Part shown: positions 13,382 through 25,561 of the stretch, in pieces
How the letters are laid out: each line of letters starts with the position of its first letter
How positions within the stretch are numbered: position 1 is the stretch's first letter
From: Haliotis rufescens
Lineage: Eukaryota
DNA length: 64,000 nt
Direction: 5' to 3'
NCBI RefSeq assembly: GCF_023055435.1
Contig: NW_025963779.1
Location: forward strand, 53,444,001-53,508,000
Made by a program: the position numbers and the translations under genes
The notes under the pieces: generated by a model
The model's input: the letters and a program-made list of their open reading frames with translations, nothing else
Told to the model about the DNA's origin: nothing
Database searches by the model: none

Positions 13382-13637
13382 TTGGTTGGTTGGTTTGTTG
13401 TTTAACGCCGCACTCAGCAATATTCCAGCTATAGGAGGGCCGTCTGTAAATAATTGAGTCTGACCCAGACAATCCAGTGATTGATATCATGAGCAATTAA
13501 GATCGATGACGTGCATCAACCAAGTCAGCGAGCCTGACCACCCGATCCCGTTAGTCGCCTCTTATGACAAGCACAGTCGGCATTAACGGCAAGCATGGGT
13601 TGCTGAAGAACTATTCTACCCCGGATCTTCATGGGTC
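13382..13637 (-). mobile_element. SINE-like family A, full length with TSD
   Basis: Runs from the (GGTT/GTTT)n tail to the head ...ggatcttcatgggtc; flanking direct repeat caaccagcag at 13372-13381 and 13640-13649. Neighbouring partial copies at ~13200-13370, 13780-13972 and 14397-14431. Confidence 0.9.
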
Positions 13638-13712
13638 TACAACCAGCAGAGGCTGCTGGGGACCTATACTGTTCCAGAATCCCCAATGGGGCCTATGGGT
13701 AAATATACTCAC

Positions 13713-13730
13713 CACCAATAGAAACGTGAA
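13713..13730 (-). other. Candidate 18-nt microexon
   Basis: aACTAACatacttctccatatgtttccttAG|ttcacgtttctattggtg|GTGAGTat: branch point, pyrimidine tract, acceptor and consensus donor; length divisible by 3. Confidence 0.5.
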
Positions 13731-15352
13731 CTAAGGAAACATATGGAGAAGTATGTTAGTTAACAACAGATGATTCCAATGTTTGTTTGTTTGTTTGTTG
13801 TGAACGCCACACCAGCTATATGATGGTGGTCTGTTAATATTCAAGTCTGGACCAGACAATCCAGTGATTGATATCATGACCATCAATCCACACAATTGGG
13901 ATTAGATGACACGCATCAACCAAATCAGCAAGTCTGACCACCCGATCCTATTAGTCACCTTTTATGGCAAGCAGTATCCTTGATGGGGGTTAAAGTACTG
14001 TAAAATTATTGTCCCCCTGAGAGGATATGTAAGATCCACATCGTTCAAAGTAAATTTAAGCATACCACGTTTTTAGGTATGATGTAAATCCTGCTGGGGT
14101 CCATGCAGGTAGCAAAGGTACTATAAGTCCCCATGGTCCCTAGTATGGTGATCTACCTTCAATTGCTGGCGATCTATAGCCCGTTTTTACAATGCATTGT
14201 TCTGTTTTTGGCTTTTTATGGTCACGTACTAGTTTTAAAAATTGATATCTGTGATAAGTCTAGTAATTTTACTGTCCTTTGCTGACAGGTTTTTATATGG
14301 TCTAAATTAATGTTTCCTTAATGTATTTATCGTTTTAGTCACGATATGGCTGAAATATTGCCGATGTGACTTTAAATATTAACTCACTCACTCACGCTGA
14401 AGACCTATTCTACCCCGGATCTTCACGGGTCTATCTTTAATGTGAACCAAGTAATGACAAAACTAACAATCAGCCACAGAGTCATCATGACTCATCATGA
14501 TATGCTGCATGTGAATTCCAAACTTTACACGCTAATCATGCACAAGACAAATGCTGCATCTCGAGTAGGGATCTATGACGCCACATGTGATGCGTTCATG
14601 AGCGTTGGTTCACATAACATACCAGTATGGTCATTTGTGCATCGAACCAATCTAGTATCTCTTGAATATGAGTAATACTTCTTATATAAACCAGCATCTA
14701 TGATATCATATATATCGTATATATCAATGACAAATAAAAATATCAAATGGAAACCATAGCTATTGTCACCACCTCTAAAACATACTTTGCCATTCATATT
14801 TCAGTGAATATCTCATAAGAGGCTAGGGTGGATCAGTCGTCTAGGGCACCACAATTCACTGTGCAGAGTTGTGTCCCCTAGGCACACCAGAATCCTATTA
14901 TCATAGGTCAATCTCAGATCACCCTGATTATGATTCTTGGTTGTGTATGCTTTTACACTACTTTTTCCTATACTACTAATCCAAGTGAAACCATCAAAAG
15001 CTGTGGCACAAACTGTACCTGTGTGATTAGTTCAGGTTCTTATATGACAACCCAATTATTAGGCTATACCCCTCGATCCCTTTAATCAACAGTGCGTGTG
15101 CAGACAAACCATTGGATTTAAACAGGTGTAAACAGGCTAGTGAAAACCAGTCTCACCGACTGCAATCTTGTCATGCATACTGTTGTGATTCCAGCTGAAA
15201 CTGTGAAAACTAAGCTCACTCATTGACATGAGTGGGAATCAGGTGTTCAGGCTCTGTGACTTGGCTGATCGTGTCATCGTAACCTGAGGGCATGTGATGG
15301 TGATCATGCTATCAACCACTGGTTTGTCTGACACAGAACAGCTTCTTTACAG

Positions 15353-15642
15353 CCAGTGTTAAAAATAAAGACAGTCGGTCTATTTACTGACGGAAGATCA
15401 GTTTTTAAAAGTTGCATGCCCGAATGTCGGGAGTTTAATAATATTAACACGTTGACAATCCACAAGTTTATTTTTATTATCTGAGACCTAACATTAAACA
15501 GTACTATTTTTATGTTTACCCTTTTGATAACTTTGTTTGTTAGTCTAGAAATTCCCGACTGGCAATATTTTATCTTGTCTAGTAACTTTGCAATGTTGCC
15601 AGTCCGGTTGTGAGACTGAAACTTTGTGGAATTTTATACACT
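15353..15642. mobile_element. hAT-like MITE inserted in a degraded family A SINE
   Basis: Termini cagtgttaaaaat / attttatacactg; imperfect flank duplication ttacagcc / ttacaagcc; SINE sequence continues on both sides. Confidence 0.5.
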
Positions 15643-17539
15643 GTTACAAGCCAGCACTGTAATATTGCTCACTAAGGCACAAAACAACAAAACACTCTTA
15701 TCTTGTTTACAAATTGTTGTAAGACTACCAAAACCACTGAAAACAATACTCACTCAACCCAATCTCATCCTACACGTCACACTGATTTGAAGAAAACTAA
15801 GAAATCACACAATCATTCATCGTGAATATTTGACATGGTTCCCCTGTATCAAGGTATAGGCAACAGTAAAAGATACCCTCCATGGTTTAGTCAGTCAACA
15901 TGAGTAACACCAACATGTAACACATAGCTTTAAAACTCCCATCCAAATACACCAAGGGCAGAGAGCACATGCTCCTGATGGGGATACCTCTTAACACAGA
16001 TCATGTAAAATAAGATGGTGGGTAATCTGCAGTGGATATTTAACGGTGAAAATAACAGGTGTACACACTTCCCCAGAAGCGAACAGAATAATGCTGAAAA
16101 CGCCTGCAGAAGAGAGGTTAATCCATGGTATTGTTGGCACATGCCAGTTGAGAATAGTTCCTCGCAGGCTGAGACCATGTGCGACATTGTTCACAAACCA
16201 AGGATTACCAGGAGTGTGTTTCATCGGTAATAAATCTCATAATACTCTAAATTCCTAAGAAGTTAAACATGTAGAAGCGATTTTTTTTGCAGCATCAACT
16301 GTTCCATCACTTCTGAAATAGTTCAGTTTCTTAATTGCATTCCATGCTTCAGATTCAATTACAAAACAAACATTCAATCAAATACAGACAGTTTTGTGGA
16401 CAAATCAAAGTTGCTGTTAGGTCCTCAAAGTTCTTATCCCACATAATTATTTTGATTTCATTATCTTTTCATCTTAGAAGGTCATTAATCTGTTCTTATT
16501 AGTCAAAATAATTCAGAAGACTTCATTTACATTCCATAAAAAAATCCAATGTATTGCAAAAAATTACTTCATTGTCTTCACTTTTTCCTAACACTGACAG
16601 AGCTGAAGTAATACAATTGGTCTCTGCCACTGAAGTGTTAATATTAATGGAGCAAAAACAATTCGATTGCATACCATGTCATCAATCTTGAACTGCAATG
16701 CTCAGATATTTGAAATTATCTCATCAATCTGTCCCCGATTTTTTTTAAAGGCTTTCTTGAGTAGAGAAATAATTATTTGGAGATTGAACGATCTTACCAC
16801 AAGGAGGTAATCAAAGCGCAGATATCTTAAACCTGACATTTCAGACCAATCACAAGAAGTGTGTTTACAATACAATCAGATGATAAATGTAAAATTTACA
16901 AGCCACTTGGTGACAGAGATTGCAATGACTGGCCCATCTGATAGGAGACCAAATGGTGATCCAGGCACCTAACAGATCAGCCAGAAGACATGACAGCCCA
17001 TGACCATGTCAGCTTCCAGAACACACCGGATCACAGAGTCAGAAGTCGGCCTACACAACAGCTTCTAAATTATACAAATCAATGAAGTAGTTTATAATTC
17101 CTTTCATATTGTTTGAATGCTGATTTCTATGTCCAAACATAACACTGTCACTGGGTAGGAGGAGACAGTTCAGTTACTTGAATGAGAATTGACTTGCCAC
17201 AATGGCTGGAAAGGGACTTGATGGGTGATTTGATGGTGCACTGAACCAAGGCTCCTTTTCCCCCAGTAGACTAACATATAGTCTCTGAAATCAACATATC
17301 GTACAGAAAAAACAGTTGTTCAGTTATCTTAATAAAAATATAATAAAAAGGGAGCCCAGTGATTCTCTTCATGATACTGCAGTAATCTAGACTTGCCAAA
17401 CATTATAGACTTGCATGGGCTGTAGTTGATATATTTGTATCAGGGTCTGTAAGACAGACTTTCCCCCCAGCTGTCTGGTCAAGTAGAACCTACAACCCTA
17501 AACACTCTTGTCCTGTAAATGATGTACTATTACAGCAAG

Positions 17540-17890
17540 CACTGCTACTATTGCAGCTACTACTACTTCTACTACTACTACTGCTGCTGCAGTTGCTGCT
17601 GCTCTTTCTGCTACTTCTGCAGCAGTATCTGCTGCTACTACTACAGCTGCTACCTCTGGTGCTGTTACTGNNNNNNNNNNNNNNNNNNNNNNNNNNNNNN
17701 NNNNNNNNNNNNNNNNNNNNNNNNNNNNNNNNNNNNNNNNNNNNNNNNNNNNNNNNNNNNNNNNNNNNNNNNNNNNNNNNNNNNNNNNNNNNNNNNNNNN
17801 NNNNNNNNNNNNNNNNNNNACTACTGCAGATATTATTACTACTGATACTGATGCAACTACTACTACTGATACTACCACTGCTGTTGCTAC
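17540..17890. repeat. (CTA/CTG)n trinucleotide microsatellite spanning an N gap
   Basis: Degenerate ctactactg runs on both sides of Ns 17671-17819. Confidence 0.9.
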
Positions 17891-18183
17891 ACAAATTTTC
17901 ATGCTTTCAAAAGTAATAAAATGTAAATCATTAAAATAATTAAAATCAGATCTTGTACACTGATATGATACCTCTCTGCATGAACATCTGAGGATACCTC
18001 CATCAGGTTAACTTTCTAACCGGCCAATCAGGGAAGTATTCAGACCAGCTGAGCCATTCTGATTTCTGCATCTCAAAAATAAATATAATTGGGGAGCTCC
18101 AAATGACAAAAACAACAAATCATATCTAGACTATAGTGTTGCAGGGCACATTTTATACATCCATTCATTCTCTGACCACCATG

Positions 18184-18390
18184 GACCCGTTAAGATCCTG
18201 GGTAGAATAGGTCTTCAGCAACCCATACTTGCCGTAAAAGGCGACTTTGCGCTGACTTGGTTGATGCATGTCATGGATCCAGTGTGCGTGGATCGATGCT
18301 CATGATATTAATCACTCGATTGTCTGGTCCAGACTCAATTATTTACAGACCGCCATCATATAGCTGGAATAACAAACTAACCAACTAACT
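18184..18390 (+). mobile_element. SINE-like family A copy with internal deletions
   Basis: Starts gacccgttaagatcctgggtagaataggtcttcagcaaccca; ends tatagctggaataacaaac. Confidence 0.85.
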
Positions 18391-20169
18391 GAACACCATG
18401 ACATCTCTATTCAAATGGTTGCTCTATTGAGGAAATATTTGTGTTGCTAAGATCCAAATTTCAAACTGATGTAGTGAAGAAATGAAGACAAACATTTGAG
18501 AAAGTTGACATCTGATTGGCTCAAGAACCCAGCATCCTTCATAGTTCCAAAGCACACTCAGAATTCACCTGACATGACTTTCTGACTTGAGGTCTTCATA
18601 CAGAGAGCTACAGTATGGGAGTGAAGATCTGATTTTAATGAGGCAGCAATACCCCCAAATGAGTGAATACATAATGTTATCCCCGCTAACACATCACTCT
18701 GGAATGCTATGATGTCATGATACAATGGGTGAAATGCCATGTTTCCATGACAACTGAACCTGCCAGGTTAAGTAGTAGAATGTACAGAAAAATAAACTTA
18801 ATGAAGTTTTTGGGAGAAATATCAATCACATGCAATACATAATGCATATGATATTCATGTCGCCAAGGAGAAACTTGTTTTCAAGAAAGTATTCATATCC
18901 AGTTAAGAGTCCAGCAGATTTCCAGACTTCCAATACTTGCTTTTTAACCATATAAATGCAACACACACTCCTATTTGTTTTACAATGATAGCTAAATATA
19001 TAATAATTTGGTAATCTTAAGAAATATGCTCTATAAAGAGAAAGCATGCATGCTGAATGAATGCATAGTAATTCTAACATGATTAGAATGTGCAGGATTG
19101 GCTTTACCGCATCTTGCTCACATGGGAATATTTGACAGAAAGAAAATCTCGAAAATTATGTTAAAAAAGCATTATTAATTTAAAAACCCTGCGTTATTAA
19201 ATTATCAAATGAATTATTGATGATACTGATGCAGTTTGCTCTGCATGTATTTGGTTTATTAAGAAAAGCAAAGAATTCTCATAAACCTGAAGCAAAGATT
19301 GCTTCGCAGCTAGCTACCCCAGCCGGAATATCTCAACACAGGCCACGTGGGATTTAAAGTCCTTCTCATCACCAACTTCCTATGTGTCTGTTTTCTTTGA
19401 TTATTTGAGATCTCACTTATACTCTGGATGTCTGTCAAAAGAACCTGCACAACTTGCATCAACTCTTCCCACGTGTTTTTTTTCCTTTTAACCAGATTTA
19501 TGTTTGCCTCATATGTCCCACTTACACGCCTAATTACACAATTAACTGCACAGTCAAACTTAAGGCAACCCTCCTGGAAGTAATGCTGCTAAATGTCTTG
19601 AGACACCGCTGGCCCCGTGCCCCCTCTTAGATCATCTAAGCAAGTTTTTCAGTAAGTATAATATTACATTTCCCATGTGTTTATTTATCGGTCCAGGATT
19701 CCATTTTGCCAGCCTTTGTTAGGAAGACAAGTTTCTGAATAAACAGAATTTTTCTATCATTACCATCACATGCCAGGTCTGCCATCTTTGACACCGTAAA
19801 GAAATGTTGGTTTCCGGAAATTATACATAACTTGTACAGATAAGCTTCAGTGAGGTTTAGAGGCATTACATAGTGAAAGTAAATCTGAATCTGTTGATTA
19901 GTTCAGTATTTTTGTCAACTCATTTGTCAATCAGTATATCTATATATCTTTTGTGAAGTATGATATTTACAGATATAACATAATTATAGTATATTTGGGA
20001 TTACACTTGCATATCAAAGTACAATTTCTAGTACTTCTGTGGGTGGAGTCCCATCTGGGACTCGAACCCAGCACAAATGTCAGTGGCCCAATCGACTTAG
20101 CCACCAAAGATTCCACAACATGGCAATGGTAGTCTAGATCACATACTTTGTCAGTTTGAATCCTGGTTG

Positions 20170-23100
20170 AGACAGGCTGCTGAACACAATGGCTGATGGG
20201 AACACGATGCAGAGCACTACGGCTAATGGGAAAAGGATGCAGACCACTACGGCTAATGGGGACACGATGCAGAGCACTACAGCTAATGGGAAAAGGATGC
20301 AGACCACTACGGCTAATGGGGACAGGATGCAGAGCAGTATGGCTAATGGAGACAGGATGCAGACCACTATGGCTTATGGGAAAAGGATGCAGACCACTAC
20401 GGCTAATGGGAACACGATACAGAGCAGTATGGCTAATGGAGACAGGATGCAGACCACTATGGCTTATGGGAAAAGGATGCAGACCACTATGGCTAATGGG
20501 GACAGGATGCAGACCACTACGGCTTATGGGAACAGGTTGCAGAATACTATGGCTTGCGGGGACAGGTTGCAGAATACTATGGCTTGTGGGGACAGGATGC
20601 AGACCACTATGGCTTATGGGCACAGGATGCAGACGACTATGGCTTGTGGGGACAGGATGCAGACCACTATGGCTAATGGGGACAGGATGCAGACCACTAC
20701 GGCTTATGGGAACAGGTTGCAGAATACTATGGCTAATGGGGACAGGTTGCAGAACACTATGGCTAATGGGGACAGGATGCAGACCACTATGGCTTATGGG
20801 CACAGGATGCAGACGACTATGGCTTGTGGGGACAGGATGCAGACCACTATGGCTAATGGGGACAGGATGCAGACCACTATGGCTTATGGGCACAGGATGC
20901 AGACGACTATGGCTTGCGGGGACAGGTTGCAGAATACTATGGCTTGTGGGGACAGGATGAAGACGACTATGGCTTGTGGGGACAGGATGCAGACCACTAC
21001 GGCTAATGGGCACAGGATGCAGAATACTATGGCTAATGGGGACAGGATGCAGAACACAATGGCCTAAGGGGACAGGATGCAGACCACTATGGCTTGTTGG
21101 GAAAGGATGCAGACCACTATGGCTTGTGGGGACAGGATGCAGACCACTATGGCTTGTGGGCACAGGATGCAGAATACTATGGCTTGTGGGCACAGGATGC
21201 AGAATACTATGGCTTGTGGGGACAGGATGCAGACCACTATGGCTTGTGGGCACAGGATGCAGAATACTATGGCTTGTGGGGACAGGATGCAGAACACTAT
21301 GGCTTGTGGGCACAGGATGCAGAATACTATGGCTTGTGGGGACAGGATGCAGAACACTATGGCTTGTGGGGACAGGATGCAGAACACTATGGCTTGTGGG
21401 CACAGGATGCAGAACACTATGGCTTGTTGGGAAAGGATGCAGACCACTCTAGGTAATAGGGACAGGATGCAGAATACTATGGCTTGTTGGGAAAGGATGC
21501 AGACCACTATGGCTAATGGGGACAGGATGCAGAACACTATGGCTTGTTGGGACAGGATGCAGAATACTATGGCTTGTGGGGACAGGATGCAGACCACTAT
21601 GGCTAATGGGGACAGGATGCAGACCACTACGGCTTGTTCGGACAGGATGCAGAATACTATGGCTAATGGGGACAGGTTGCAGAACACAATGGCTAATGGG
21701 GACAGGATGCAGACCACTATGGCTAATGGGGACAGGATGCAGAACACTATGGCTTGTGGGGACAGGTTGCAGAATACTATGGCTAATGGGGACTGGATGC
21801 AGACCACTACGGCTAATGGGGACTGGATGCAGACCACTATGGCTTATGGGAACAGCTTGCAGAATACTATGGCTTGCAGGGACAGGTTGCAGAATACTAT
21901 GGCTTGTGGGGACAGGATGAAGACGACTATGGCTTGTGGGGACAGGATGCAGACCACTACGGCTAATGGGCACAGGATGCAGAATACTATGGCTAATGGG
22001 GACAGGATGCAGAACACAATGGCTTAAGGGGACAGGATGCAGACCACTATGGCTAATGGGGACAGGATGCAGAATACTATGGCTTGTTGGGAGAGGATGC
22101 AGACCACTATGGCTTGTGGGGACAGGATGCAGACCACTATGGCTTGTGGGCACAGGATGCAGAATACTATGGCTTGTTGGGAAAGGATGCAGACCACTCT
22201 AGGTAATAGGGACAGGATGCAGAACACTATGGCTTGTTGGGACAGGATGCAGACCACTATGGCTAATGGGGACAGGATGCAGAACACTATGGCTTGTTGG
22301 GACAGGATGCAGACCACTATGGCTAATGGGGACAGGATGCAGAACACTATGGCTTGTGGGGACAGGATGCAGAACACTATGGCTTGTGGGGACAGGATGC
22401 AGAATACTATGGCTTGTGGGGACAGGATGCAGAACACTATGGCTTGTTGGGACAGGATGCAGAACACTATGGCTTGTGGGGACAGGTTGCAGACCACTAT
22501 GGCTAATGGTAACAGAGTTGCAGAATACTATGGCTTGTTGGGACAGGATGCAGACCACTATGGCTAATGGGGACAGGATGCAGACCACTACGGCTTGTTG
22601 GGACAGGATGCAGAATACTATGGCTTGCAGGGACAGGTTGCAGAACACAATGGCTAATGGGGACAGGATGCAGACCACTATGGCTAATGGGGACAGGATG
22701 CAGAACATTATGGCTTGTGGGGACAGGTTGCAGAATACTATGGCTAATGGGGACAGGTTGCAGAACACAATGGCTAATGGGGACAGGATGCAGAACACTA
22801 TGGCTTGTGGGGACAGGATGCAGAACATTATGGCTAATGGGGACAGGATGCAGACCACTATGGCTAATGTGGATAGGATGCAGAACACTATGGCTTGTGG
22901 GGACAGGTTGCAGAATACTTCGGCAAATGGGGACAGGATGCAGACCACTATGGCTAATGGGGACAGGATGCAGAATACTATGGCTTGAGGGGACATGATG
23001 CAGAACACTATGGCTAATGGGGACAGGATGCAGAATACTATGGCTTGTGGGGACAGGATGCAGAATACTATGGCTTGTTGGCACAGGATGCAGACCACTA

Positions 23101-25090
23101 TGGCTAATGCGACAGGATATGCAGAACACTATGGCTTGTGGGGACAGGTTGCAGAATACTACGGCAAATGGGGACAGGATGCAGAACACTATGGCTAATG
23201 GGGACAGGATGCAGAATGCTATGGCTAATGGGGACAGGATGCAGAATACTATGGCTTGTGGGGACAGGATGCAGAACATTATGGCTAATGGGGACAGGAT
23301 GCAGACCACTATGGCTAATGGGGACAGGATGCAGAACACTATGGCTTGTGGGGACAGGTTGCAGAATACTATGGCTAATGGGGACAGGATGCAGACCACT
23401 ATGGCTAATGGGGACATGATGCAGAATACTAAGGCTTGTGGGGACAGGATGCAGACCACTATGGCTAATGGGGACAGGATGCAGAATACTAAGGCTTGTG
23501 GGGACAGGATGCAGAACATTATGGCTAATGGGGACAGGATGCAGACCACTATGGCTAAAGGGGACAGGATGCAGAACACTATAGCTTGTGGGGACAGGTT
23601 GCAGAATACTATGGCTAGAGGGACAGGATGCAGACCACTATGGCTTGTGGGGACAGGATGCAGACCACTATGGCTAATGGGGACAGGATGCAGACCACTA
23701 TGGCTAATTGGGACAGGATGCAGAACACTAGGGCTTGTGGGGACAGGATGCAAAATACTATGGCTAATGGGGACAGGATGCAGAATACTAAGGCTTGTGG
23801 GGACAGGATGCAGAACATTATGGCTAATGGGGACAGGATGCAGACCACTATGGCTAATGGGGACAGGATGCAGAACACTATAGCTTGTGGGGACAGGTTG
23901 CAGAATACTATGGCTAGAGGGACAGGATGCAGACCACTATGGCTTGTGGGGACAGGATGCAGAACACTATGGCTTGTCGGCACAGGATGCAGAATACTAT
24001 GGCTTGTGGGGACAGGATGCAGACCACTATGACTAATGGGGACAGGATGCAGAATACTATGGCTTGTGGGGACAGGTTGCAGAACACAATGGCTAATGGG
24101 GACAGGATGCAGAATACTATGGCTTGTGGGGACAGGATGCAGAATACTATGGCTTGTTGGCACAGGATGCAGACCACTATGGCTTGTGGGGACAGGATGA
24201 AGAACACTATGGCTTGTGGGGATAGGATGCAGACGACTATGGCTAATGGGGACAGGATGCAGACCACTACGGCTTGTTGGGACAGGATGCAGAACATTAT
24301 GGCTAATGGGGACAGGATGCAGACCACTATGGCTAATGGGGACAGGATGCAGAACACTATGGCTTGTGGGGACAGGATGCAGAATACTATGGTTAATGGG
24401 GACAGGTTGCAGAACACAATGGCTTGTGGGGACAGGATGCAGAATACTATGGCTAATGGGGACAGGTTGCAGAACACAATGGCTTGTGGGGAAAGGATGC
24501 AGACCACTATGGCTAATTGGGACAGGATGCAGAACACTAGGGCTTGTGGGGACAGGATGCAAAATACTATGGCTAATGGGGACAGGTTGCAGAACACAAT
24601 GGCTTGTGGGAACAGGATGCAGAACACTATGGCTTGTGGGGACAGGATGCCGGATACTATGGCTTGTGGGGACAGGTTGCAGAACACAATGGCTTGTGGG
24701 AACAGGATGCAGAATACTATGGCTAATGGGGACAGGATGCAGACCACTATGGCTAATGGGGACAGGATGCAGAATACTATGGCTTGTTGGGAAAGGATGC
24801 AGACGACTATGGCTTGTGGGGACAGGATGCAGACCACTATGGCTAATGGGGACAGGATGCAGAATACTATGGCTTGTGGGGAAAGGATGCAGAACACTAT
24901 GGCTTGTGGGCACAGGATTCAGACCACTATGGCTTGTGGGGACAGGATGCAGAATACTATGGTTTGTTGGGAAAGGATGCAGAATACTATGGCTTGTGGG
25001 GACAGGATGCAGACCACTATGGCTTGTGGGGACAGGATGCAGAACACTATGGCTTGTGGGGACAGGATGCAGAACACTATGGCTTGTAGG
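20170..25090. repeat. 30-bp minisatellite (ggcttgtggggacaggatgcagaacactat), ~160 copies
   Basis: Near-exact 30-bp periodicity over 4.9 kb with a few +/-1-2 bp phase slips; source of all ORFs at 19.9-25.2 kb. Confidence 0.99.
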
Positions 25091-25111
25091 GGCAGGATCA
25101 GAACCAGCAGC

Positions 25112-25561
25112 ATGCACCTTACAGTTAATACTAGCTGTCATGAAGAGGCTCTGGTCCAGCAGAATGCACTTTACAGTTAATACTAGCTGTCATGAAGAGG
25201 CTCTGGTCCAGCAGAATGCACCTTACAGTTAATACTAGTTGTCATGAATAGGCTTTGGTCCTGCAGAATGCACCTTACAGTTGATACTAGCTGTCATGAA
25301 GAGGTTCTGGTCCTGTAGAATGCACCTTACAGTTGATACTAGCTGTCATGAAGAGGTTCTGGTCCTGTAGAATGCACCTTACAGTTAATACTAGCTGTCA
25401 TGAAGAGGCTCTGGTCCAGCAGAATGCACCTTACAGTTAATACTAGCTGTCATGAAGAGGCTCTAGTCCTGCCCGAATGCACCTTACAGTTAATACTAGC
25501 TGTCATGAAGAGGCTCTAGTCCTGCAGAATGCACCTTACAGTTAATACTAGCTGTCATGAA
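25112..25561. repeat. 52-bp tandem repeat, ~8.5 copies
   Basis: Unit gcaccttacagttaatactagctgtcatgaagaggctctggtccagcagaat starting at 25114, 25166, 25218... Confidence 0.97.

Noticed and set aside
16518-16540. miR-1-like sequence on the minus strand
   Set aside because: Extra base and no complementary precursor arm.
17490-17916. Poly-Ser/Val/Leu/Tyr ORFs
   Set aside because: Trinucleotide microsatellite bridged by Ns.
18558-18753. Candidate minus-strand exon
   Set aside because: Weak acceptor; contains an 18-mer identical to the 54.5-kb MITE terminal repeat; no homology recognised.
19310-19444. RRTLNPTW, reminiscent of a C2-domain motif (minus strand)
   Set aside because: In-frame stop shortly after and no other C2 segments found.
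19967-25232. Many 130-508 aa ORFs
   Set aside because: Four of six frames are largely open because the 30-bp unit is stop-poor; frames are broken by phase slips.
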